From contig DAHWNL010000001.1 in assembly GCA_027339965.1 (NCBI GenBank), positions 1 to 62,642 of the forward strand: DNA of 62,642 bases, written 5' to 3'. The notes under the pieces were generated by a model. It had not been told where the DNA came from. It worked only from the letters and a program-made list of their open reading frames with translations, and made no database searches. Every line of letters starts with the position of its first letter. Position 1 is the first letter of the stretch. Of this stretch, positions 54,066 to 62,642 are shown one piece after another. The stretch comes from Granulicella sp. Lineage in GTDB: Bacteria > Acidobacteriota > Terriglobia > Terriglobales > Acidobacteriaceae. Both the position numbers and the translations under genes were made by a program.

Positions 54066-54719
54066 TTATTCGAACCCCTGCCGCTTGGCCCAGGAACGCG
54101 GTTCGCGCAGCCAATCCCGCACCAGAGCGGCTCCAACTTCATCGATCACACCTTGCTCTACGGCGCAGTGGAGGACCACGGGAAAGGTCGTCGTCACATG
54201 CAACCGCACGCCGCCATGGGCAAATGCCTCCAGCGCCTCCGGAAGGTCATAGCTGATAATGGCCAGGCAATCGTGGACCATCGCCCCCTCGGCGCGCAGC
54301 GCCCCGATGGCGGCCATACTGCTTCCCCCGGTGGTGACCAGATCCTCCACCAGCACCACGCGCCGGCCGGCGACTTCCCCGCCCTCTACGCGCCGTTTGG
54401 TTCCGTGCTCCTTGGGCTCCTTGCGAATGAAGATCGACGGCTTGCGCATGGCAAACCCCAGGGCCGCGCTGTGCGGAATCCCCGCAGCCTCCACGCCCCC
54501 AATCACATCCACCGGAATCTGCCGCTCAGCAATGAGCGCCTCAAAGCCGTCAATCACCTTGGCCCACTGCTCGGGCCAGAAGGGAAAGCGCCGGTTGTCG
54601 CAGTAAACCGGCGACTGGATGCCGGACTTGAAGGTAATCGGCGCCGTGGGCCTGAATCCCACGCCCTGAATGGCTAATAAAGCCTTGGCAACCTCACGGC
54701 TACGGAGTTCAAAGTTCAT
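54066..54719 (-). CDS. pyrE: Orotate phosphoribosyltransferase
   Basis: KSGIQSPVYCDNR, RKEPKEHG, VEDLVTTGGS PRPP-binding motif. Confidence 0.95.
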   Translation of the reverse strand: MNFELRSREVAKALLAIQGVGFRPTAPITFKSGIQSPVYCDNRRFPFWPEQWAKVIDGFEALIAERQIPVDVIGGVEAAGIPHSAALGFAMRKPSIFIRKEPKEHGTKRRVEGGEVAGRRVVLVEDLVTTGGSSMAAIGALRAEGAMVHDCLAIISYDLPEALEAFAHGGVRLHVTTTFPVVLHCAVEQGVIDEVGAALVRDWLREPRSWAKRQGFE

Positions 54720-55776
54720 GCGCCTGCTCCTTAACCTCCTGCGCCAACCTGGGATTCCACATCGCCGCAGTAGCCGACATCACCACATCAGCCCCCGCGC
54801 GGCGGTACTCGTCAAAGGCTGCTGCGCTTCCCGCGCCTCCCACTCCAATGATGGCAAACTTCATCCCCAACTCGGCGCGCAGGAGCGCCAGCCGAGAGGC
54901 CATCTCCAGGCCCGCCCACTTCACCGCGCTCCCGCAGACGCCGCTACGCAGCCGGCCCTCGCCGGGAAGCGCCTGCCTGCCGGAGGCATCGCGCACTTCG
55001 GCAGCAATGGTATTGATCGAAGCGACGGCGTCCACAGCGCCTCCCACTTCGCGGACAAAGGCCTGCAACTGGTCTTGATCTTTGTAGTACGCCATCTTGA
55101 TCACCAGGGGTAGGCTGCCGATCTCTTCCTTGATCGCCTCCACCACCTGCCGCGAGCGCGCAATATCAAAGCACAGTAGATTCGCCGTGCCCTCATTCGG
55201 GCAACTCAGATTCACCTCCATCACCTTGACGCCGGTCTCCTTCACCAATCTCGCTCCCAGACGGAAGTCCTGGAGGTACGCGGCTGCGCTGCCGTTCTCC
55301 GGCAGCGTCGCTTGAAAGCTGCCCACCACCACCTGGCCGGGCCGAGCGTACGCAGCTGCATCCGCCAAATCCGGCTGCCAGAAGTCGGGATCAAAGGAGG
55401 GCACGCCAAAAGAGTTCGTGATCGACAACGGCTCGCTGTAGTCGCTGCCGGCAAACAATGTCTGGTCGGGCTTCAAATCTCCGGCCACCCTCACCGCCAG
55501 CACGTTTGGCCAGGGATGGCAGGCCTGCCGCCGGGTGCGCACCGTCTTGTAGACGGGAATGTCAAAGCCCATGTCCAGCGCCGCCTTCACAAACTTGCCA
55601 TTGATCAGCGGCCCCGCAGGGATGCCAAAGGGAGCATCAACGGGATGGCCGAGAAACTGGTGGCGGGTTGGTTTGGCTGCAATGGAGGCGGAGGTGTTGG
55701 CGAAGAGGCCAAAGGGGCCGTGCTCGAAGTTTTCCAGATAAGACTTTGCCGGGTCGTAAAACGGCTCAGAATGCAT
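54709..55776 (-). CDS. pyrD: Divergent dihydroorotate dehydrogenase (class 1-like)
   Basis: PFGIPAGPL, YKT, NSFGVPS, EVNLSCPN, VIK, INT, SGVCG, IGVGG; first gene of the pyr operon. Confidence 0.8.
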   Translation of the reverse strand: MHSEPFYDPAKSYLENFEHGPFGLFANTSASIAAKPTRHQFLGHPVDAPFGIPAGPLINGKFVKAALDMGFDIPVYKTVRTRRQACHPWPNVLAVRVAGDLKPDQTLFAGSDYSEPLSITNSFGVPSFDPDFWQPDLADAAAYARPGQVVVGSFQATLPENGSAAAYLQDFRLGARLVKETGVKVMEVNLSCPNEGTANLLCFDIARSRQVVEAIKEEIGSLPLVIKMAYYKDQDQLQAFVREVGGAVDAVASINTIAAEVRDASGRQALPGEGRLRSGVCGSAVKWAGLEMASRLALLRAELGMKFAIIGVGGAGSAAAFDEYRRAGADVVMSATAAMWNPRLAQEVKEQAHEL

Positions 55777-56700
55777 GCACCAGACCGCCTGTGTCCAAGT
55801 ATAACCGACGCCTTTCAAACCCTCGACGTCTGTGGCCGCCTGTCTGCAAGGGGTTTGCTTGACCTTCGAATGTGCCGTGCGTAGCCTGTTTTTTCGGTGG
55901 GATTTGCTGATCAGACCTTTCCGTCTGCTTGCTCGGCATGTACCCCAATCGCGTCAAGCCAAGGAGACGCACTTCGATTCACGCGCCAGAGCCACCGTCG
56001 CAATCCAAATGAAGCCCAATCATCCTCCGGCAATTGAGGCCCCGCTGAAGATTCGGACAAACCTCCAGCCCAACGAATTCACGCCCGGTAAGTGCTGTTG
56101 AACCTCTTCCACGCGACCGCTGGGTGAAGTCAGAAGGGAACTAAGCTAAGCTGGAATGGACACTCAAAAATCTGCGGCAACTCGACACGCAGAATCTCAA
56201 AATGGCTCGGTAGGCGTTCAAGAATCCTCTCGGCCAGGGAAGTTGAGATCCAGGAGAAGCGGTGAGCCGCAGAAAGCAATCTTCCTGGGGAAGGTTTCTA
56301 GCGGCCCTTTTGCTCTGCCTCGGGCTGCCGGCGCTGACAGGGTCACTGCCTATCCGGGCTCTTCCGTTCCGGGCTCTTCCGTGGGGGTTCAGCCCGGCGC
56401 CACGATCTTTGGGAGCGCTTTCCCGAAGAAAAAGTCGCGGCAAGCCCGTTTCGGAGAAACCTCCTCCCCCGGGAAAGCTAGAAGCCAGAGCCCGGGGCCC
56501 GCTCCATGCTTTGAAGCTTGTTTTCCAGAGTTTTTGTACCATCATCGTAGGGATGGATTCCCAGAGCCGGCGACAGGAGCGTCGGCGGCTGAGGCTGGAC
56601 AGTTCCCGATTTGGGTTTCGCTGGTCGGCCAACCTGGAATCGCAGCTCGGTGAGGCCCTTTTATAGAAAAGTTTTCCTATGCTCTTTTGACGAAGTTGCC

Positions 56701-56714
56701 TGTACGCGGTTACA
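56701..56714. promoter_or_regulatory. Putative LacI/GalR-family operator overlapping the galK promoter
   Basis: TGTACGCGGTTACA has one mismatch to TGWAANCGNTTWCA; TTGACG at 56687 and TACAAC/TACTAT nearby. Confidence 0.6.
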
Positions 56715-56757
56715 ACTGACATTTACTATCGAATAGCAATTGTGGAGATCAACGCCC

Positions 56758-57972
56758 TTGACTTCAGAGAAATATGGCACTCCCACTCCTTCGGCGCCGG
56801 TGCCGTCCCGCGCCATGGAATGTCTTGCGCCGGCGCGCGTGAATCTGCTTGGGGAACACACCGACTACAGCGGCGGTCTTGTGCTTCCCATGGCGATTCC
56901 ATTTGTGACCCGAGCGGCCATTCGCCCGCGGACAGACTCGCATTGCAGCTTCACCAGCGAACTGTTCTCCACTACCTTGACGCTGGACCAGACGGACCGC
57001 TCCGCCGCCCGCGGAGATTGGAGCGATTACCCGGTTGGGGTATTGCGTGAACTTCAGAACCGGGGTGCCGAACCTCCCCCTTTTGATCTGCGCCTGAGCG
57101 GTAACGTGCCGCTGGCTGCCGGCCTCAGCTCCTCAGCCTCCGTCGAGGTCGCCAGCGCCATGGCGATGCTGGCGCTGACGCAGACTCGCTGGACAATTGA
57201 AGAGATTGCCTTGCTGTGCCGGCGCGCGGAGAACGAGTACGTCGGTTCCCCTTGCGGCATCATGGACCAGTTTGCCATCGTCGCCGCTCAGGCCGGACAT
57301 GCGCTTCTTCTAGACACCCGTACGCTGGCCTACGAACATCTGCCCATGAATAAAGGAGAGCTGGGAGAGACGCGGATTGTGATCTGCAACTCCATGGTCC
57401 GGCACTCGGTGGCCAATGGCGAGTACGGTATCCGCCGCCGCGAGTCTGAAGAGGGCCAGGCAGTCCTGGTCGCCCGCTTCGGCTTGCGCGACCTGGGCGA
57501 CGCCACGATCGCCCAACTGGATTCCGTCTGCTCCGAGATGTCTGTGGCTGCCTTGCGCCGCTGCCGTCACATCATCACGGAGAATGCGCGAGTGCGCGCG
57601 GCCAAGGAGGCCATGAACGCCGGTGACCCCATCGCTTTCGGCAAGCTGATGTTGGGGAGCCACACCAGCCAGCAAAATGACTTCGAATGCAGTTGCGAAG
57701 AGATCGACTTTCTGGTTGAGACCGCTGCGGAGCTTCCCGGCTGCTTCGGGGCTCGGCTTACCGGAGGGGGCTTCGGCGGCTGCACCGTCAACCTGGTCCA
57801 GCACGGAGAGGCAGAGAGGTTCTGCAGTGCCCTCAAGGCGGCCTACCAGCGGCGCTTTTCACGCACGGCTGAGACCTACCTTTGCGAGGCAGCCGACGGC
57901 GCCTGGCGCCAGAATTCCCATCTGTTCGCAACAACAGTCCCTGAACCGGCCAGCCGCGCAGGAGCAAAATGA
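56758..57972 (+). CDS. galK: Galactokinase
   Basis: RVNLLGEHTDY, GLSSSAS, CGIMDQ, GARLTGGGFGGC; start uncertain (TTG 56758 after GGAG, or ATG 56815). Confidence 0.95.
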   Translation: MTSEKYGTPTPSAPVPSRAMECLAPARVNLLGEHTDYSGGLVLPMAIPFVTRAAIRPRTDSHCSFTSELFSTTLTLDQTDRSAARGDWSDYPVGVLRELQNRGAEPPPFDLRLSGNVPLAAGLSSSASVEVASAMAMLALTQTRWTIEEIALLCRRAENEYVGSPCGIMDQFAIVAAQAGHALLLDTRTLAYEHLPMNKGELGETRIVICNSMVRHSVANGEYGIRRRESEEGQAVLVARFGLRDLGDATIAQLDSVCSEMSVAALRRCRHIITENARVRAAKEAMNAGDPIAFGKLMLGSHTSQQNDFECSCEEIDFLVETAAELPGCFGARLTGGGFGGCTVNLVQHGEAERFCSALKAAYQRRFSRTAETYLCEAADGAWRQNSHLFATTVPEPASRAGAK

Positions 57973-59012
57973 AGTCAGTCTTTCTGCAATCTCCACACCG
58001 TCGTTGGAATCCGCTCAAGCGCGAGTGGGTGGTAGTCTCACCGCACCGCACCGAGCGGCCATGGCAGGGCCAGACCGAGGATGTTGCTCCCTCCTCTTCG
58101 CCAACCTACGATCCCGCCTGCTATCTTTGCCCCGGCAACACCCGCGCAGGCGGCCACCGGACGCCGGAGTATAGTGGGGTCTACGTCTTTGAGAACGACT
58201 TCGCGGCGCTCAAGGCCGACTCTCCGGAGGCTGCTTTCGACCTGGATGGCAGAGGCCTGCTGCGCGCCGAAACAGAGTACGGAATCTGCCGGGTGCTCTG
58301 CTTCGACCCTCGCCATGACCTTACGCTGGCCACCATGGAGACTGCGGCAATTCGCCGTGTGGTGGAGATGTGGGCCGGCCAGGCAGCCGAACTCAGCGCG
58401 GACCCTCGCATCCGATACGTGCAGATCTTCGAGAACCGGGGCGCAATGATGGGCTCCAGCAACCCTCATCCCCACGGGCAGATCTGGGCCACCCAGCATA
58501 TTCCCGATGAGCCCTCTCGGGAGCTTGCGGCACAACTTGACTACCAGACCGAGCACAGGCAGCCCCTGCTCTCCAGTTACCTGGCCGTCGAACTGGCGGA
58601 GGGCGAGCGCGTGGTTGCCGAGAATGAGACCTGGGCGGTAGTGGTTCCCTTCTGGGCCGTCTGGCCCTTTGAAGTTCTGCTCCTGCCCAAGCAGGACGTG
58701 GCTCGCATTGAAGACTTGGCAGAGGCGCAGCGCGACGGTCTCGCCATGATCCTTAAGCTTCTCACCCATGGCTACAACCAGATCTTCCATGCACCCTTTC
58801 CTTACTCCATGGGAGTGCACCCCGCGCCGGCCGACGGAAAGCCGCATCCGGAATGGCTGCTGCACCTCCATTTTTATCCCCCTCTGCTGCGCTCCGCCAC
58901 GGTGAAAAAGTTCATGGTAGGCTTTGAACTCTTCGGGTCGCCGCAACGCGACATCACCCCGGAATCCGCCGCGCTTCGGCTGCGCAATGCCATCGCGGCC
59001 TCAGCTCAATGA
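57969..59012 (+). CDS. galT: Galactose-1-phosphate uridylyltransferase
   Basis: HRRWNPL..EWVVVSPHR..RPWQG, CYLCPGN, NPHPHGQ, PPLLRSATVKKF. Confidence 0.97.
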   Translation: MKSVFLQSPHRRWNPLKREWVVVSPHRTERPWQGQTEDVAPSSSPTYDPACYLCPGNTRAGGHRTPEYSGVYVFENDFAALKADSPEAAFDLDGRGLLRAETEYGICRVLCFDPRHDLTLATMETAAIRRVVEMWAGQAAELSADPRIRYVQIFENRGAMMGSSNPHPHGQIWATQHIPDEPSRELAAQLDYQTEHRQPLLSSYLAVELAEGERVVAENETWAVVVPFWAVWPFEVLLLPKQDVARIEDLAEAQRDGLAMILKLLTHGYNQIFHAPFPYSMGVHPAPADGKPHPEWLLHLHFYPPLLRSATVKKFMVGFELFGSPQRDITPESAALRLRNAIAASAQ

Positions 59013-59074
59013 CTCCGCATTGTTCCGCGGACCCCTTCCCTGCTTGATCCTTCCCTGCTTGACAAGGAGACGCC

Positions 59075-60046
<972 letters not shown>

Positions 60047-60098
60047 ATCTTTTGACCCCTCGCGCTTGGGCTACCGCCTGGAGCGCGAGCGCCCCGCA

Positions 60099-60129
60099 AT
60101 CCCTGCTCCGCCCCTGGCGGAGCAGGGAT
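60099..60129. terminator. Strong hairpin between convergent galE and aldo-keto reductase
   Basis: Perfect 14-bp stem ATCCCTGCTCCGCC/GGCGGAGCAGGGAT with 3-nt loop. Confidence 0.55.
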
Positions 60130-60133
60130 CGGC

Positions 60134-61105
60134 TCAGGCGTGAGGAAAGATGGGAGTGGCGTCCGTTGCGCTGGCAATCAGATACTGCTCTTCTTCCGGC
60201 GTAATGGGCTTGAAGTTCTGCGCCACATACATCGCCAGCGGGAAGTACCGCTCATCCCCGGGCGGAATGGCCGCAGTGATGCGCTGGGAGAGCGTCCAGC
60301 GCAAGGCCAGCGCCGCCTGCTCCGGCAAGGAGCAGGGCTCATACCACTCCTTGGGATTCGGCTTGTCTGTCTTGGCCAATCCCTCCGGCCACTTCGACTT
60401 GGCCATGGCTTTAATGGCCAGCATGCCAACGCCCTTTTGATGCGCGCGGGCGATCACCTGCGGCCCAAAGTTCCGCTTGGAGGTGAGAACGAAGTTGATG
60501 GGGAACAGGACGGTATCGAAGTCGAAGCGGTCCAGCATCGCCAGTGCGGCCTCTTCCGAGTGAGCCGAGAAGCCAAGATAGCGAACTTTTCCCGCCTTTC
60601 GCGCGGCCAGAAACGCCTCCTGCGCGCCGCCCGGACCCATGATGCGATCCACATCTTCGAGCGTGGTCACCGCGTGATGCTGGTAGAGATCCACGTGATC
60701 GGTTTCCAGCAGTTGCAGGGATTGATCCAGCGCCGCCGCAGCCTCTGCCCGGTCACGCTTGCCGGTCTTGCAGGCCAGGAAGAATTTGTCGCGGTAAGGC
60801 TTCAACGCCGGCCCCAGCCTGGCTTGCGCATCGCCGTAGCTGGGGGCTACGTCCACATAGTTGATGCCCGCATCGTGCGCCTGGGCCACCGTGTTGTTGG
60901 CCACAGCCTGCTCGGCATTCATAATGACAATGCCGCCCAGGCCAATGATGGAAAGGCTCTCGCCAGTCTTGCCCAAGGGGCGCTTGGGAATCGGCTGAAA
61001 GCCTGCGCCGGAAGGTATAGGTGACGCTGTGGCTACGGAAAGGCCTGGAGCTGCCGCCATCCCAGCCGCCAGGGCACCGGTCTTGAAGAAGCTTCTACGA
61101 TCCAT
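60134..61105 (-). CDS. Aldo/keto reductase with Tat signal peptide
   Basis: MDRRSFFK twin-arginine motif; RPLGKTG, DVAPSYG, LACKT, DHVDLYQHH, GKVRYLGFSAH. Confidence 0.92.
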   Translation of the reverse strand: MDRRSFFKTGALAAGMAAAPGLSVATASPIPSGAGFQPIPKRPLGKTGESLSIIGLGGIVIMNAEQAVANNTVAQAHDAGINYVDVAPSYGDAQARLGPALKPYRDKFFLACKTGKRDRAEAAAALDQSLQLLETDHVDLYQHHAVTTLEDVDRIMGPGGAQEAFLAARKAGKVRYLGFSAHSEEAALAMLDRFDFDTVLFPINFVLTSKRNFGPQVIARAHQKGVGMLAIKAMAKSKWPEGLAKTDKPNPKEWYEPCSLPEQAALALRWTLSQRITAAIPPGDERYFPLAMYVAQNFKPITPEEEQYLIASATDATPIFPHA

Positions 61106-61143
61106 CTCATCCTCCTCTGGTCAAGGAAGCTGTTCCATCTGCT

Positions 61144-61287
61144 GCCAGCATTCGCAGCGCTGATAGGCACCCCGAAGGTGGCGCAGTTTGGTAGAGCCTT
61201 CATGATCACCCCAACGGGCTAAACCGCCGGGGTGAGATGCTGGTCGGGGCCGCGGCGTCGCTTTACGCCTGCACTGAAAATACTATA
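61144..61287 (+). mobile_element. Divergent MITE-like copy 3 (~144 bp)
   Basis: 3' end GGCGTCGCTTTACGCCTGCACTGAAAATACTATA matches the 3' end of copies 1/2; 5' part CAGCATTCGCAGCGCTGATAGGCAC is a degenerate left end; the middle differs. Confidence 0.6.
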
Positions 61288-61289
61288 AA

Positions 61290-62527
61290 CCTGAATCCCG
61301 AAGTTGAGCCTCGTTTCTGATCTGGTGCTGGAGGGTTCGTGGGGCCGTAATTGGTCAAGTTGCAGGGGCGATTTCCAACTTCGGCGAAGTTGGAAATTTC
61401 CACTTGAAGATGCTGTCGATCAGTGGGTTCGGTGTTTTCAAGCCACCCCAGCTTTCAGACATGTGCAGTACGATCCGCCTGCCGGCGCGGCCCAGGATGG
61501 CGTCGCAAGTGAAGACCGTGGCGCGCAGCGTGGCTGGCTCACGGTATCCAGTCAGGCCAGCTGCGCGCTGAAACTCGGCCAGCAGGTTGAAGAGCAACAA
61601 AATGCATTGGAACGCGGCCTCGGTGGCGAAGAACTGCTTCAGGCAGAAGCGGTCGGCCGCCAGGTCGTGCTTCAGTTCGGCAATGCGGTTGTCCATGTCG
61701 GCGCGGCGGTTGTAGTCGCGCCAGATTTCTTCCTCGGCGTCCATGCGCGTGGTGACAAAGACGCGAAAGGTGTAGCCAGGCACATCCATCAGCTTGCGTC
61801 CTTTGGTGCCGCGGGGCTCGCGCTCGCGTTCCCGGACCACCACGAAACGCCGCGCTAGCTCCCAGCCGCACAGTTGCAATCGAAACTGGCCAACGGAGAA
61901 GTTTTCATCCAGCGCCCGCCAGTGGGCCACACGTTGCGCTTCGCGCTGGATGAAGCGGGTCATGCGCGCCACTACAATGTAGGGCAGACGGCGCTCTTCC
62001 AAAAAGCTGAGCAGCTTGTCGTCGAAGAAGCCAGAATCGACACGGACAAGGCGGACCTTTTGGCGCTGGGACCATAGCGCCAAAGCTTCTTCGAGAAACT
62101 CCACAACTCCACGGGCGGAAGCGCAGTTGCCGCTGCGCAGCCACCCGTGGAGCAGGAAGTGAGCCTCGGAGAGCGCGGCCAGCAAGGGATGGTGGCTGGG
62201 CCGTCCATGCTTGCGCGGGTTGTGCCCCTTGAGCGAGCCCTCCTGCTGGCCGTAACGAAGGTGGGCTCGATCTGGTTGGGCGAGGTGAATCGGAAGGGCA
62301 TGTGCTCGCGCACCTTGCCGGCGAAGTTCAGCTTTTCAAGAAAAGCCACAAACACGGCCGCGCCGCCCAGCGGCGTCACCGCGCGAGAAGTCTCGCGCAA
62401 GACCACGCGCTGACCCGAGAACAGCGCCCTGACCTCACGCGGGACTGGATTGTTCGCAGTCTTTGGTGCCATCCTCTAGTTTTCTCAGGTCTTGCTCGAA
62501 ACTGAAAACGGAACTTCGGGATTCAGG
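61290..62527 (-). mobile_element. IS1380-family insertion sequence, internally deleted (1238 bp)
   Basis: Perfect 16-bp IRs CCTGAATCCCGAAGTT (61290-61305, 62512-62527); ATAAA duplicated at 61285-61289 and 62528-62532. Confidence 0.9.
61355..62472 (-). pseudogene. IS1380-family transposase, broken by an internal deletion/frameshift near 62258
   Basis: VTPLGGA N-terminal frame jumps into RYGQQEG..GHNPRKHGRPSHHPL..LRSGN..RVDSGF..YNRRADMDNRIAELK in another frame. Confidence 0.88.
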
Positions 62528-62642
62528 ATAAATCGATGGAAAGAACAAGCCTTGGCAATAAAGACAACGACGGGACGGGCTCACTCCTGCTCCTCAGAAC
62601 TGCCTGAGCAGAAGCATCCAATCCTCAACTGTCAGCGGGATT

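Noticed and set aside
56220..56240. PyrR-binding loop upstream of pyrD
   Set aside because: Only GAGAGG matches on the minus strand; the ARUCC part and an attenuator are absent, and it is ~450 bp away.
56742..56830. Frameshifted galK N-terminus (MEINALDFREIWHSHSFG...)
   Set aside because: In-frame TTG (56758, after GGAG) and ATG (56815) starts exist before the first conserved motif, so no frameshift is needed.
61282..61312. Hybrid promoter from an IS-end -35 plus MITE TATAGT
   Set aside because: Hexamers at 16-18-bp spacing (GCTCAA, GGCTCA, AGGCTC) do not resemble TTGACA.
61375..61393. Palindrome CCAACTTCGGCGAAGTTGG as an alternative IS end
   Set aside because: It lies inside the transposase 3' coding region; the true ends are defined by the perfect IRs and target duplication.

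Overview
GC-rich bacterial chromosome segment, most likely Acidobacteriota (Terriglobia-like; inferred from protein styles and gene content). It is mostly housekeeping: uspA-type gene, feoAB, nadK/tlyA flanking a large secreted unknown protein, a SigK/RskA-type ECF sigma/anti-sigma pair, a beta-propeller lipoprotein, DsbD plus redoxin, rarA, trmH-type, tsaC, gpmI-eno, ribA, gap-ridA-pgk-tpiA, lepB, a murQ-murA envelope cluster, a PDZ/GAF/PAS sensor kinase with a sigma54 activator, an unusual pyrD-E-F-C-B operon and galKTE. The most distinctive signal is a ~115-bp TA-flanked, inverted-repeat-bounded, MITE-like family. Two copies are ~90% identical (11425-11540, 45634-45748) and one is divergent (~61144-61287). 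One copy sits in a stop codon. The divergent copy's end is the insertion site of an internally deleted IS1380-family element (16-bp perfect IRs, 5-bp ATAAA duplication). Also seen: a frameshifted SDR pseudogene, many short intergenic tandem duplications, and a LacI/GalR-type operator upstream of galK. No CRISPR array, tRNA or rRNA was recognised. All calls come from reading the sequence by eye; no database search was run.
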